64,000 nucleotides of DNA from Eledone cirrhosa (lineage: Eukaryota): NCBI GenBank assembly GCA_964016885.1, contig OZ024746.1, positions 48,670,001-48,734,000 of the forward strand. Reading direction: 5' to 3'. Of the stretch, positions 1-13,709 are shown piece by piece. The number at the start of each line of letters is the position of its first letter. Position 1 is the first letter of the stretch. A program made the position numbers and the translations under genes. Below the pieces are notes generated by a model. It was not told the DNA's origin. It was given only the letters and a program-made list of their open reading frames with translations, and did no database searches.

Positions 1-909
1 TACCGTGTTTCTTTTGTTGCCACACCGACTTTTGTCTTTAGCTTCGTTTATGGTATTTATTGAAAAAGAACGATCGACAAGATCTCAGACTTCATTCGCT
101 AACTGAGTGGGGTGAAATTCGTCAAACTGTACCAAGGAAACAATGTTTCCATTGATATTTCAATTGCTGATACTATCTACCGGTCGCAACTCCAGGCAGA
201 AAGAGCAATGCGAAATAAAGTGTATTGTTCAAAGTATAACATATTGCCCGATCCAGGAAATGAACTTGCCATCTCACGATTACGAATCCAATTCTCTAAC
301 CGTTAAGCCACACGCTTTTTCAATTGTATCTATTCCATAACCGTATTTGAATAGGAACCCCCCAATTTGAAAAGCACTGCTCTAGAATGTGAAGATACCA
401 GAAATGTTAAGAATCGTTATCAACTATAGGGTAAGTCTCATGATTCTGGAAATATTTGACATTCATAAACTCAATATAAACTGAATCCATCCATCACAAA
501 TATCGTTTCCCGGACTTATCGGCACCTTCCACACAATGAGAAATTATTCTTAAATTAATATTTTATTTTCATTATACACAAGAATAAGATTCAAATAATT
601 CCCTCTTCGTTAATGGTAAGTGTTTAATCGGCAACAAAAACGTAGAAATTGAAGCATAAAGTCTACTATAATTAACAACAAGCATTGTACAAGATATCAT
701 GCAGATTTTAATATACCAATTTGACTATAAGGATAATCTCATAAATATGTGGCTAAATGAATTTTATGTCTTTTTCGATTATATTATGCCAACTGCGTTG
801 ACAGAAGTTATCAATTTCAACCAAAAGTAGAAACTGTCTCAAAATCTTCCTTAATTATCTTATTCCCCCTTGCTCTACTATTTTATTGATCTCTTGAATA
901 ATGGTTTTT

Positions 910-1120
910 AATTTAGACGTAATGCCAACAATTTTGGGAGAGGGGAAAGTCGATTAAATCGATCCCCAGTACGTTACTGGTAATGTATTTTATCGACCGC
1001 GTAAGGATGAATGACAAAGCTAACCTCGGCAGGATTTAAACTCAGAAAGTAAACTGATGTATCTATATGACGAAAAGAATGTTATCTGACGCTCTACCGA
1101 TAGTGGCAATTCACTGCCCC
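910..1120 (-). mobile_element. tRNA-derived SINE (octopus-type, Meta-domain-like core)
   Basis: Reverse complement of the family consensus seen at 1847 and 44265 (GAGTTCAAATCCCGCCGAGGTTAACTTTGCCTTTCATCCTTACGGGGTCGATAAAATAAAGTACCAG). Confidence 0.8.
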
Positions 1121-1846
1121 TATTGATATCTGACATAGTAAATCGCTTTTCTAGCTGATATATTTTCATTACTTAATGAACGTTAGATTGGCAGAATTTG
1201 TAGAGCCTCGGGGTAAATGACCGGTGCTATTTACATACATCTCTTTATGTGTTGAGTTCAACAAGGCCGAGGTCAAATATACCAGTTATATTTCCGGGTT
1301 CGATCAAATAAATAACATTTAAGAACCAGAGTTAATTGAATCGTATATACTTCGCTTCCATATGAGGTTTCGTACCTATATCAGAAATCAATATAGCTAC
1401 TTTCCTCGCCAAACAAAAGAAAAAGCTAGAAATCGCTGAGAGCAATATATATTTTGAATGCTGTCTGTATCATGAATATTTAATGTTATATATACTGACA
1501 GCAGAGCTATTACGTGAAGGCAAAGTCGAGGTTCACGTACAAGATAAAAATATTACTATGGTAAAATAATGCGGGTCTTATTGTAGGCAATTTCCGTACA
1601 TGAGCTGTCACTTAATATTTCAGAATATGTTTTATGGGGATAAAAGGAAATCCTGTGAACCCAGTCTTATTTTACTCAAAACATTTCAGACTCAAAATTG
1701 ATATTTGAAATCTAATTTTATTTTAGAGTGTGGAACAAGAATAATTTATATTTTTTTCAGGGTGACTTTTTATCCAAACTTAATCATAACTGGAATTGAT
1801 GACAGTTGAAACTTTTCTGAAGCTATCTCGAATTTATTGCCGAATA

Positions 1847-2033
1847 GGGCGGTGGATTGACAGTATCGGTAGAGCATCAGACACCATGCTTTGCAGCATA
1901 GAGTTATGGCCCTTTACGTTCTGAGTTCAAATCCCGCCGATGTTAGCTTTGCCTTTAATCCTTATGGGGTCGGCAAAATAAATTACCAGTACTGTACTGA
2001 GATAATTGCTGGCCAAAAGTAGAAACAATTATT
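1847..2033 (+). mobile_element. tRNA-derived SINE, near full length
   Basis: GGCGGTGGATTGACAGTATCGGTAGAG (A box), GAGTTCAAATCC (B box), conserved central domain, AGTAGAAACAATTATT tail; more than 15 related copies in the window. Confidence 0.85.
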
Positions 2034-3829
2034 AAACCCGATTTAATTGGCGAAGTCGTTATACCATCCTACAGATGCTTAGAAGTATTTTTCTGGCATC
2101 CAGAGTCGATAGGATAAAGTATCGATCAAGTCTTTCTCAATTTACTCAAAGTTCTCTCGCTGAAAATTACTGGTGTTGTGCCTAAATTAGTAACCACTAT
2201 TAAATACCATTAGAACAGGGCAGTGACAGAAAGAGAAGAGCTTCGAACTAAATGTTATTTCGGAATTTAAACCCCGCAAGTGACGATTTTACATATCTTT
2301 CAAGAGTGGGAAAATTAAGTAGATTTCAAAAACCAAAGAAGATGAAATCGACTTTAACCATCTTCTAATTTTGAGGTATTGTACTTTTGTTAGAAATCAG
2401 CATTAGAAAAACAGAATCGTGGTGTTAGAATGACAAAATCAGAAAAGCAGCGAGCAAAACGCCATGCTGAAAAGAGAAATTGATACAATTAGTACCTGTA
2501 ACGTACGAATGTATGTAATCAATTGTGTCACATACACAACACCTCTGGCCATATAACAATGATAATAATCAATATTATGAAACAATGTCAGCTTTAATGA
2601 TAAGTAGTTTCAATATTCATCTGCATTAGTTTCAGCATAGCTTCAACACTAATTATATAACTAGAGGAGATATATATTTATTTGAAGAGATAAATGTTCT
2701 TCATTAATTCTTGTAATACATAATTTTTCCCACATAATTTTTAAATTAAGCACACACAATTGAAATGGGTAAAATTACTCCCTTCATTATTTTTGTGAAA
2801 ATATAGTTATTTATTGATAGAAAAATATACATTTTTGAAAGCATTTCAAATTTAGGACTACAAGGAGATTTGATGATTGGCGATATTAATATAAAAGAGC
2901 CATAATTGGTGGAATAACATCTCAAATAAAACCAGCATCAATAATATACTGATATTTTGTTTTTTGTTTTTTCTTGTTGCTGACACTAGGGCTTATCAAG
3001 CGCCAAATTGGCTGAATTTTTAGAACATTCTGGCTTTTTGCGCTTTGATTTCAAAATCCGCTGAGATCAAATTAGTCTTTCATCCTTTCAAGGTCGATAA
3101 GAAACAGGATTCCACCAGTTGTTACAGGTCTATATACACTTGTGGTGTATCTCCGCGTCAATATTGATTGAATAAGCCTAAGATCAAAGACAGGACAGAA
3201 TTAAACTTTCATTTTGTTTGAATATTCAGGCCCTATGTACATAGGACTAAATTATATGGTATGATCTAATAAAGAATTTGGTTCCTATTTCCAAGAGGTC
3301 AAGTGATTAGGCCGATGTTCCCTTGTTGCCTCATTGCAATTTATTTAGTTCAGTGACTTGGACACTCAGAAATATCAATCGACTTCACCACCCTGAATTA
3401 TTAAATCTATAAAAGAACATACTACAAGAGGAATGATATATCATGATGCAATTTGCAATATTTTTCGAAGTGCAATGAAAGGTTGTGTACCAAATAGGTC
3501 ATTGTGCTTTCCATGTAAACAGACGTTTATATGACATTAAACAATGCTTGATCCTACAGCATACAAATCAATAATACTAGTGTATTGGCAGTCAAATATA
3601 AGAGGCTTTTCTATGTCTCCCAAACACAGTGGTCGAATTTGGGAATTTACTTGGAGATTTTGTGCATAATTGTACAAAACATTCTCGTTCTTCTTTCTCT
3701 ATATTTCTGATTTATTTTTCCCTTCTCTCTCTATTTCTCTCCATCTTTCGATTTCGTTCTTTTCCCATCAGCTGATACGTTTAATTGTGAATATGAGGAC
3801 AGGTCATGCGTCAGTTTCTATACAGAAAT

Positions 3830-3972
3830 AAGATAGAGAGAAAGAGAGAGAGAGAGAAAGAAAGAGAGAAAAAGAGAGAAAGGGAGAGGGGAGAGCGAAA
3901 AAGAGAGAGAGGGGCTGAGGAAAGGAGAGGCGAGAGAAAGGGGTGGGAAAGAGAGAGTAGAGAGAGAGAGAT
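3830..3972. repeat. GA-rich microsatellite
   Basis: Imperfect (GA)n run. Confidence 0.9.
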
Positions 3973-4329
3973 AAATGAATACATAGCAAGCTGTTTACCT
4001 CGACAAAACATTAAGGAAAATACCAATTACGATAAGAGTCGATACAACATCTATTGACTTGATATTATCTGCTCGAACTAGTTGCTCAAATACCCAAAAC
4101 ACAAATCGAAGCTGGCACCATTTTGACATTGAGAGCCTATTGAATGGAGATGCTGTATTCATCCGACAATAGATGGAAGTAACAGACATCGATTGCAATG
4201 ATTTTCTACAACGGAAATGGATCGCCTCTCTTCAAAGAAAATTAAACTGTTGAAAAGTATCGATAAACTGGTTACTTTCTTTTGAAAAGAAGAAAAAGAA
4301 AAGGTCATGCAACGAAAGAAAGAGAAAGG

Positions 4330-4676
4330 AGGAGGAACAGACACTACACCCCAGTGTGAAAGGTGTCTCAGCCGCGCCCCACGGACAAATGGCAAAGGTG
4401 TTACCGCAGAGAATGGCCAAAGACACTTGCTGCAATAGCCACCCCACTTCATAGGGATCCATCCTCAAACAGGCCGCGTCTTTCTGACTTTACGGTGGAA
4501 ATAAATAGTGTGGGGACCAAGGACACCAGGGGTCACGATGGAGACCGATACAGAGAGGAAGTAATTGGCCAGGCCCCGGTATTTGACAATCTTCTTCGTC
4601 TCTGCATTGCAGATAGTGGAGCCAGGGCTTGTGGTCGAAGCGACAAGGTAGGATCGGAGAACGAACCGCTGCACTA
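4330..4676 (-). mobile_element. Degraded 3' end of a CRE-clade non-LTR retrotransposon (restriction-like endonuclease C-terminus)
   Basis: Minus-strand frames give SYLVASTTSPGSTICNAETKKIVKYRGLANYFLSVSVSIVTPGVLGP and, after a frameshift, MDPYEVGWLLQQVSLAILCGNTFAI. This matches the AE..K..KY..L....F.P...ET.G..GP ... GD.RE..FL.QRISIAIQRGNA tail of CRE elements. Confidence 0.7.
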
Positions 4677-5717
4677 ACATATAAGAGGAATAATAAATTC
4701 ACGAACCACCAAGTATAATTCTATGAAACTGATTGCTATCGTATGCAAATTAAATTATCGTTAGAAATTATAAGAATGCAAACTGTCAACTGTAGGTTGG
4801 TCTAAATTCCACAAGCCGTATATTGTAGTATTTAGTATCGTGTCATCTTGATTGGCTCTAGGATGACTCAGAGTTATTGGGTAGGGGGCAATATGGAAAC
4901 TAAATAAACATGAAATATGAAACCACATGGAAGAGATCTGCTAGTCTGTTACTGGTATGAGGAGATCACATTCTACAGGGTAACCTTCGTCAGCCATTTA
5001 AGAAAAAAACAAACATACACTAGTGAATACGGCAATTCATTGAACTGCTTATAAGAGGCATATGCAAAACTAGAGCCTAATAATCAAGAGACACACAAGG
5101 GAAGAAACTACAGGCACGTAGTATGCTTAAACGTTATGTATAAACTATTGCAAGGTTATTTGAATATATTTTTCCAAGAAGACATGATGTGGAGAATGAA
5201 GAGAAGGTAGAGCGAACGAAAGATGTGTGGCGCTGTACCTAGCGTCTCTTCGTAAAAAATGTAAATATATTCTCAAAGAAACCACGCAGCATTAGCGAAA
5301 TATACTAGCTGTATAAGTAGATAATAAGAAAACCAAAGCCCCAACCGGTCTAATTGTTAGCATTAAAAGATTGATTGTTGGAGGTGAAGGGAAAAAAAGT
5401 TAGAGCGAGTACAAACATATATAACACATAAGTACACTCACACCACCATACACACAAACACCTGCAATGACACGTACACATAAAAACACAGACACATACA
5501 CATATACATACACATATATAACACGCATGAATGTTCAAAGTTAAATTAGATAGATGAATGAAGCCCTTTAAAATAAATAAATATACCCTTTCTGTCAGGT
5601 GTATTGCATATTTCCATTTGTGCTACCTTTCCATTCCTAACAGAGTATCTTACAGGAAGTATACACTCGTGCAAACACACATACACACACACGCACATAT
5701 ATATATATATGTATATA

Positions 5718-5773
<56 letters not shown>

Positions 5774-6309
5774 CATATATACACACACATATATATATGT
5801 ATACACACACACACATATATATATATACAAGTATATACATTGAAAGAATTCTATTAGCATGAAGCGTTTGGCAAACAAATGTGATCCCAGATGAAGGTCT
5901 GTTCATAATAAATCTTTACTCGAGAGTAATTGAACAACGAATTTCCAAAGGTGAATGGATTACTAATTCTTTTCTTATTGGCCTGCTTGGTGCGATGAAT
6001 TATTTCATCTTGCAATATCTACTTGTATAGAGAAGAACCTGAAACGTTGAAAGTAAATAGTATCTCTTGGTCATGAACAGATACATCACAGCCTCATTAA
6101 ATAGATGTTGTCTGCTCCACAATTGAGAAATTATCAGCAATTTTAATCACAACATAAATAAACCTTCAATGAATCAATATCGCGGCCATTCGACTTGTTA
6201 GAAATAGCAACTCATTTTTTTCCCGATAACAATTTACCGTATTAATTTAAAGGAAGTCATAGATACATTGCATAATATAATTTTAGATTCACCCTGTTTG
6301 AATATATAA

Positions 6310-6525
6310 GGATTTCTACTATAGACACAAGACCAGCAAGTTGGTAGAGAGGGGAAAGTCGATTAAATTGACTCCAGTACATTACTGGTGCTTTATTTTA
6401 TCGACCCCGTAAGGCTGAAAGGCAAATCTAATCCCGGCGGGATTTGAACTCAGAATGTAAAGGGCCATAACTTTATACTGCAAAGCATGGTGTTCGACAC
6501 TCTACCGATTCTGCCAATGCACCAC
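6310..6525 (-). mobile_element. tRNA-derived SINE
   Basis: Reverse complement of the family consensus, full head to tail. Confidence 0.85.
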
Positions 6526-8214
6526 TTGAATATATAATGGTATTGTCGTGGTTGGAACGCCTTTGAGCGGCTAGAAAATCAACAATACAGTTTTAATAAG
6601 TATAGGAATTATGGAGTGGCTATGCGTATGTAGAAAAGTCCAAATAAATATTCTTCTCTGCAATAGGTATTGCAAATTGAGTAGAATCGCCATTGAGAGA
6701 TCTAATTATCTTTCTTAGTGATGGATTGACGCATCGCAACGCCGCTGTCGACATGCAAACCATCGCTCCTATCTTTCAATACCTCTCTGCAATCTCATAT
6801 CATCATCATCATAATAAAAACCTTCATTGAATAATCACAGTCTTCATTGCAGTCCTTCGTGTATGCACATATATTCAACTATACCTAGATATTCAACAAT
6901 TAACCAAATAAACATAAGACAAAATTAAGAAATTTCAAGAAAGTTTAGTAAAATCATTTGAGAACTTAGCTTGTCAAATAAACAGATCAAGCGAATCCCT
7001 GAGAGACTTTTATATTTCAAATGGATATATCTTTACGGCACTCCTTTTACACTTCACCAATCGCTATCCATCTTTATTTCAACGTCTATTTCTGCTTCTC
7101 TTAACGACATGAAAAATAATTATACAAACCTTTTGGTAACCTATGATTATTTTTACCTTTTGACAGGAAGCTGTCAAAGATAAAGAATGTGACAAACTAT
7201 TTTTCATTTTTATTTTTGTCCTTTTTAATTTCGTTTGTTGAGTGTTTGGAAATATATTTTCAGATATTTGCTGATATTAGAATTTTTAAAGACGCCATCT
7301 TTTATATTTTTCTCTTCGATATTATTTGTATATTTTTTTAACAGTTCACTTTAGATTTGGTGATTGTCATTATCAATATTATTGTGATTGAGAGATACGG
7401 ATTGATACAGTCGTTTGAACGCTACACAAAATGTATTGCCTTATTTAGTTATGGTCCAATATGTTCTGAATTCTAAATCCTTTTTGGCCACTCTCCTCGT
7501 CTTTCACCATTGGAGAGTCAATAAAATATATACCAACCAAGTACGATGGCGAATTTCATTGCGTTTTAGAGAAATCGTTGATTACTGTATTAATAATAAG
7601 TTTTTTGTTCTTATCTAATAAGAAGCTTCGAAACATTTCAACGCCTATTTCATTACCTGAGATAGAGCAATGGTTTCTCTTTAGCCTTCATAAAAATTGT
7701 TTAAATATTTGATATAGATGCAATATTTACACGTTGCATAGGTGATATAGGAGAGACATGAGGCATGCATTGAATGAGATGCAAGCTTAAGTTACACATA
7801 CGACATAGGGGGTAAATTAAAACCTGAAATGACACAGGATGAAGGGAACCTCAACAAACATTACTCCTACAACACCTGAAAATAAACCCCGATTCTAACA
7901 TTCTGACTACGGCCTATAACTTCTTAAGATTAATACACACAATTTGTAAGAGTTCATTGGGTTTGTGAATTTGTATGGGTTATGGGAAAATAAATCAGAA
8001 TACCTTAAAGGGGTTTATAACACTTCCTGATCTAACGCAAATTAAGTAGCACGCACTAAAATTGTTACGGAACGCCATCATCTTTTTGAAAGGTTTACTC
8101 CCCCTCTCTTTCTTTCAATCCACCTCTCTCTCCTTCTCTCCCCCTATCTGACCCACTCCCTCTCTCTCTCTATATATATATATACTGTATATATATATAT
8201 ATATATATATATAC

Positions 8215-8640
8215 ACGATATTAAATAAATGGAAACTATATTTATAAAACCATATTTATTTCATTATATATATTTCAGGGATATCATATTAAAAATATGG
8301 TATGCCTTCATCAGACAAAATACAATATAAACAGTCTTATAAATAGATAGATTTGACATACCTTACACTTCAACTTCCATTTAAAAAGTTGATTTGGTAG
8401 TGAAAAATGTTAGGGACAGTTATAGAGAAAACAGAAAGAAAGAAAGAAAGCGAAGAAAAAGAAGAAATGCATGCAACGAAAGACAGAGAGAGATAGATAT
8501 AGAGAGATAGATAGAGAGAAGAAATTCATGTAAAGAAAAAACAGAGAGAGATAGATAGAGAGAGAAAAAACAGAGGGAGATAGATAGATAGAGAGAGAGA
8601 GAAAAGAGAGAGAGAGAGAGAGAAAATAGAGAGAGATAGG
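8215..8640 (-). mobile_element. 3' terminal (pLTR) segment of Naiad-like PLE 'B', displaced by inversion
   Basis: Near-identical to 14267-~14697 (offset about 6052); contains a hammerhead; ends in (TA)n. Confidence 0.85.
8257..8322 (-). ncRNA. Type I minimal hammerhead ribozyme (PLE B)
   Basis: Minus strand reads tattttgt CTGATGA aggcataccatatt-tt-taatatgatatccct GAAA tatata TA atgaaata, with a long stem II, palindromic stem III and pairable stem I. Confidence 0.8.
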
Positions 8641-9048
8641 GTTAATCTTTTTGTAGATGGCAAATTTTGGTGGTAGCTGCAGGATTTGTTGTTCTTGTTC
8701 ACTGATTAAATTATTCCCATAAATATTTACTGTGTGGTCATTGATAAATTCTTCCGGTATTTTTACATCAGTCATACGCATATTTTTGATGTTATCTGGG
8801 TATTTTTGAGAATATTCTATTTTGATTTCTTGTAGTTTTTTTTCTATTCATCCATTCTAATTTCTTATTGAAATGCCTATTGCATTCGTTTCGGACGTAT
8901 TTCGTTTCACGTCGGGTGACGCTCATGAAGTCATCCCTTTCGTTTGGTGTGGTGAGATTTTGGACTTCCTTACCGTTAATGCGTTTCTGTCTGTAAAGTT
9001 CGTTGACTTTTGTGTATGTTGTTCTTTTCATATTAACTGTTATTGTGT
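8641..9048 (-). pseudogene. N-terminal fragment of the PLE 'A' ORF (inverted)
   Basis: Reads ...HFNKKLEWMNRK... and VNIYGNNLISEQEQQILQLPPKFAIYKKINP, the typical PLE N-terminal L.L.PKFA motif, which continues naturally into KTELEKCFTKIRW at 17518. Confidence 0.75.
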
Positions 9049-11146
9049 GTTTCTGCCCTAGTAGACCCATAAGAGGTAGAGCACCCACCATAACCTCAAT
9101 GGCAAAAAAGACTCCCATGGGGAGGTGGATTGGGAGGACCAAAGCTATACGGACCCCCCAAAACAATGATCAGGTAAGAAAAATGATCGCACATGCAATA
9201 GGGGCTAATATCAAAACTACCCTAAAGGGCCACATATTCAAGTTCAACGAGAAGATCTACACCCAAAATGAGGGAGCAGCCATTGGCGTCAGCATAGCTG
9301 GTGATGTTGCCAACCTTTTTATGGTATGGTGGGAAAGGAGACTTAAAGATCTCCTTAATGAGAGCTCCATAGACCTCATCATGTACTCTCGTTACGTAGA
9401 CGATATCAATATAGTTATAAGAACATCCCCACTAGAGAGCACTAACAAGTTTGATTTAGAACGTAGCACAATGGAAAGCATCCAGCAGATAGCTAATTCC
9501 ATACACCAGAGTATAACTGTAACTATCGACTACCCTTCCAAACACCCTAACAATAGACTACCTGTATTAGACACGGAACTCTGGATTAACACTATAGACG
9601 AGAGAGCCCAAATTCTCCACTCACACTATGCTAAACCCATGGCCTCCAAATATATGATACTCAAAAACTCAGCAATGTCCAGTAGTGCTAAGTTTAATAT
9701 TCTGATCGCAGATTTGGTACGAGTGATGAAGAATGTGTCCCTCATGTGCGACCGAACAGAAATGGAAAGACACATCCCACACTTCATCAACCGCATGCAG
9801 TTCTTTGGCTACAACCAAAGAGACAGAGTCAGAGTATACAAAGGAGCCATGGAGAAGTATAAGACCCTCATAGAACTGGACAAAAAAGGAATTTGCCCAT
9901 TATACAGGAGCAAATCATGGAGTAGCTTAGATAGGGCTAGACATAAGATAGGGAAAGCCACCTCATGGTACGACAACCAGAGATACCAGAGTGTCATGTT
10001 TGTGGACGCTACACTTGGAGGGAAATTAGCTAACCAGTGTAGAAAGGCCCTGAGAAAGACCCACTTAAAGATTAAGGTGGTAGAAAAGCCAGGAACCACC
10101 ATAAAATCCCTGATCAGCAAAACCTACCCTTTTAAGAAAACCCACTGTACTAATAGGAAATGTATCATATGTAAGGTAAATCCCCGGATAAACTGTAAAA
10201 CTAGAAACGTAGTCTATAGCATAAGATGTACAGAGGGTACTTGTAGAAACATGACAACAACATACATAGGCGAGACAGCTCGTAGCATAGGTGAAAGGAT
10301 AGACCAACACTGGGGGGAACTAAAATGACGAAAAAACGGGTCAGTACTATACGAACATGCCAGACAACAACACGACGGTAACATAGACAACATAGAAATT
10401 AGAATAATATCTAAACATAGAAATGACCCAGCAGATAGGCAAATCAGATAGGCCAGTGAAATAGAACTTAGAAGGCCAAGACTAAACAGAAAGAATGAAT
10501 GGAATAACAACAACACCCAAACAAACAACACTGACCTAAGAGAAGTATAAATAAATAAATAAATAGATAAATAAATAAATAAATAAATAGATAAATAAAT
10601 AAATAAATACATACACAAGCACAATAACAACAAACACATAAACACACACTAGTAAAGATAGAATGCATTAACCAATACACAGTCACCCAAACACGAACAC
10701 ACATCAAACAAAACACTATACACACACGCAAACGCATGCGCAAAGAAGACAAAATAAAATAAACAAACAAACAAATAAATATATAAACAGACTAAATAAA
10801 GATGGCGTAGACATACAATGTAACGGGAGGAAACAATAGCACCATTGACGATGTTGCAGATGTGCAACGAAAGAACTTTGATAAACTATATAAATGCGTT
10901 TGTGTCTATGTTGTATCTGTATTATTTTTGACCGTTGGTCAGTCAATGGCAACATTGAGGACCGAATAAATTAGATTACCGATATAAAAGACACAGAAGC
11001 GAAAAGCGAAAACCAACCAAACAGTGAGTGTGTTCTGTTATTAATTCTGGCAATATTACACAAATATGACCCTCCCCAAGTATAACAATATTTGTTTCGA
11101 CACACGATTTCATATAAAAAACTTCGCAAAACTAATTCATCGCCGT

Positions 11147-11150
<4 letters not shown>
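9049..11150 (+). mobile_element. PLE 'A' 3' copy: RT C-half, thumb, Zn-knuckle, GIY-YIG, 3' UTR with hammerhead
   Basis: GAAIG, RYVDD, LPVLD, CxxxxCxxC, NVVYSIRC..YIGETARS..ERI.QH. The frame continues past TGA 10326 and TAG 10449 to TAA 10550. 9049-10261 is near-identical to 19106-20318. Ends at (TA)n. Confidence 0.92.
10836..10889 (+). ncRNA. Hammerhead-like fold with U3 core variant (PLE A 3' end)
   Basis: atagcacca TTGACGA t-gttgca-gatg-tgcaac GAAA gaac TT tgataaactat. Confidence 0.65.
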
Positions 11151-11196
<46 letters not shown>

Positions 11197-11199
<3 letters not shown>

Positions 11200-11255
11200 A
11201 TAAGGGTGAAAGCAGCGATTCTTTGCTTAAACTCTAATCTGTTATTTTAATAAAT
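11197..11255 (+). mobile_element. Truncated copy of the TA-flanked 'AAGGGTGAAAGCAGCG' hammerhead element
   Basis: Matches 20862, 24919, 47855 (rc) and 48349; only the 3' half of the ribozyme is present. Confidence 0.75.
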
Positions 11256-11489
11256 ATATATAAATATATATATATAATTAAAAGCATTATATATATATAT
11301 ATACATATATAAAGAATAGACGAATAACAATATTTAACAATCACATAAGTTTTCTTAAACAGAAAAACATTTTTTCTCTATATGAAGAGTTCAATAAAAG
11401 CTTTTTTTGCGAGACATTGTCCAGTAAGCACCATCCTCAGAAAACAGAAAATATATGTTGTCGTTATGATTTCACGAAGATGCTTACTA

Positions 11490-11685
11490 AAGGTGCATGG
11501 TTAAATAGTTAGAACGTTGCGGCTAGAATCAGGAGGTTGTGAGTTCGATTCACGGACTGGGTGATGCATTGCGTCGTTGAGCAAACACTTTATTTGACAT
11601 GGCATGAATTTACTTAGCTGTAGAAATGAGTTGCAACGTCACTCGTGCCAAACTGTATCGGTCACTGCATTTCCTTTGGACAACA
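11490..11685 (+). mobile_element. Second tRNA-derived SINE family
   Basis: TGGTTAAATAGTTAG..GAGTTCGATTC tRNA head followed by TTGAGCAAACACTT body; related minus copy near 62040-62260. Confidence 0.65.
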
Positions 11686-12294
11686 TATATTCTAACCATT
11701 AGAAAGAGCAAAAATGAATGATTCACCTTCAAAAGATTTCTTATTCAATAACACCCCATTCCAGGCAGGCCATCACGGTTCTAATTATTGTTTTCTTTTT
11801 GTTGTCATTTAGCCTCAGGTCGGCCTAGATTGAAAAGTTCTATGACGAAAGAGATTCTAGGATAACTACCTCAACATTCGTTTCTAAGAATAGTGTATTT
11901 TACTGTACAATATCTAATGGGTCTTCTCTTTTTAGGACGGTAGGATGTAGTCGAAGGAGATTTTAGCTGCTATTCAAGAGAATTACGAAATCACGCAAAC
12001 GAACACTTGTTTACTTGTATATGTTATGAAAAGCAATCGTAAGAAGTTGTTTTCTTCATATCTGAATACAAATAACTTTTACAACCGAGAGTTGGATGAG
12101 TCCTAAAACTTGCTTTGGAGGTGCATCAATTATTATACAATACTGATTACCATATTGAATATTATGCAATATCAAAATAGACAATTTTAGTTACACAACA
12201 TTGATGATAAATGAGATGAGATCAACTTACATGATCTCATTATTATATAAAACAACTGCAATATATATATATATATATATATAAATGAAAAGTA

Positions 12295-13188
12295 TACGAT
12301 AGCCAAAATGCCACTAATTATAATATGCCAAAAAGGGAATTTAAAAGCAGGCTAGTTCAACATCATGCGTAATTATGAAAATAAAACGCACATGTGGAAA
12401 CAGGGCTGGTGACGTCAGAATGAGACGAATGTTTGTTTACATGAAACAACAGTCAAACACATTCCGAAAAAACTCTACAATAAGGAGTTCAGCAAAAAGC
12501 AATATTATCGTGGGTTTTTTTAAAAAAGACCGGGATTAGTCACAAATAATTTAAGCACTCTAGGAAAGAAATCCGAGTATAAATATAAATGAAAAGTATA
12601 GAAATTATTGTAGCAAGAAGCCAACAGTATTCCATAATATATAAGTGACTATAGCGTCAAAATGGGAAAATAGTTAACGTAAGATGTGGGAAAAATATTT
12701 CAAACTCAATTTAAAAAGAATCAGGATATAGATTCATCCAACAGAATTTAGTGAAATCCATTGAAAAATCAATAGAGCCTTAACTCATGATAAAATAACG
12801 TTTAAAATACTCATCCTTCAATTTGGAAAAACGACAAATGCTCTGTTTAGTCTTGAAAAGACTATTTCACGAAACTTTCAGTGTGGATGGTCACGGTTGG
12901 ATTCGATCATCAGCAGAGCTCAACACGATAGCCAAAATCTCACTGATTATAATATGCCAAAAAGGGAATTTAAAAGCAGGCTAGTTCAACATCATGCGTA
13001 ATTATGAAAATAAAACGCACATGTGGAAACAGGGCTGGTGACGTCAGAATGAGACGAATGTTTGTTTACATGAAACAACAGTAAAAAACATTCCGAAAAA
13101 ACTCTACAATAAGGAGTTCAGCAAAAAGTAATATTATCGCGGGTTTTTAAAAAAAAAAGACCGGGATTAGTCACAAATAATTTAGCAC
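12295..13188 (-). mobile_element. Non-coding partial-tandem element (unit ~630 bp) with hammerhead, TA-flanked (retrozyme or non-autonomous PLE-like)
   Basis: A ~260-bp direct repeat (12297-12558 vs 12926-13188) brackets a hammerhead at 12840-12919; (TA)n on both sides; no ORF. Confidence 0.75.
12840..12919 (-). ncRNA. Type I hammerhead with full stem III (cleavage-site U mutated to A)
   Basis: gctctg CTGATGA tcgaa...ttcgt GAAA tagtctt-ttc-aagacta AA cagagc; stem I is 6 bp and stem III is 7 bp, both perfect. Confidence 0.75.
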
Positions 13189-13709
13189 ATATATATATAT
13201 ATAGTGTATATATATAGTATATATATATAGTATATATATATATATGTATATATATATGGGTGTGGGTGTCGATGTGCTGTATTGCCTCTTGCTTTCGGAT
13301 CCGTTAATTATTTATGTTTTCTATGCATTTGACAGTTACTTTGAAATCCGATAACATGCGGTTTTGTAAATGTTAAATTTGAGTCCATAAATATCGGATA
13401 TAATTCCATAAAAACATAACCGTGAAACACAATTATCTCTGACCAAAACAACCAATAGTCATTACTACAATAGCCAAGATTACTCCCCTCAACCAATAAC
13501 TACCCCATCACAAACATCATCATGACTCTCATTCTTTCTCCTCCCTCTCCGCCAACTTCTCTTTCACTCCCACACAACTATTCAACATTATATATATCAT
13601 TGTAACCGTCAGTAACCTGATTACCTTTTTCATCATCATCAATAACAACATCAGTAACAATAAATGAGAGAGGTATAATGATTTAGAGAAGTATTATTTT
13701 ATTGACAAA

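Noticed and set aside
1847-1940. SINE heads as tRNA genes
   Set aside because: A and B boxes are present, but there is no cloverleaf and each continues into a SINE body.
4363-4677. 104-aa plus-strand ORF as a host exon
   Set aside because: The opposite strand explains the region as a CRE retrotransposon tail.
5350-5906. ORFs rich in YI/CV/HT/SL/RE repeats here and throughout (25-28 kb, 31-33 kb, 38-39 kb, 46-50 kb, 54-55 kb)
   Set aside because: They are translations of TA, CA and GA microsatellites, which lack stop codons.
9003-9048. Apparent signal peptide (MTFVYVVLFILTVIVCFC) fused to an RT
   Set aside because: It is antisense sequence of the inverted PLE A N-terminal piece across the inversion junction at 9049.
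10326-10328. In-frame TGA in the PLE A endonuclease as possible selenocysteine
   Set aside because: It lies in a basic context (ELK*RK), and a TAG follows at 10449, indicating ordinary decay.
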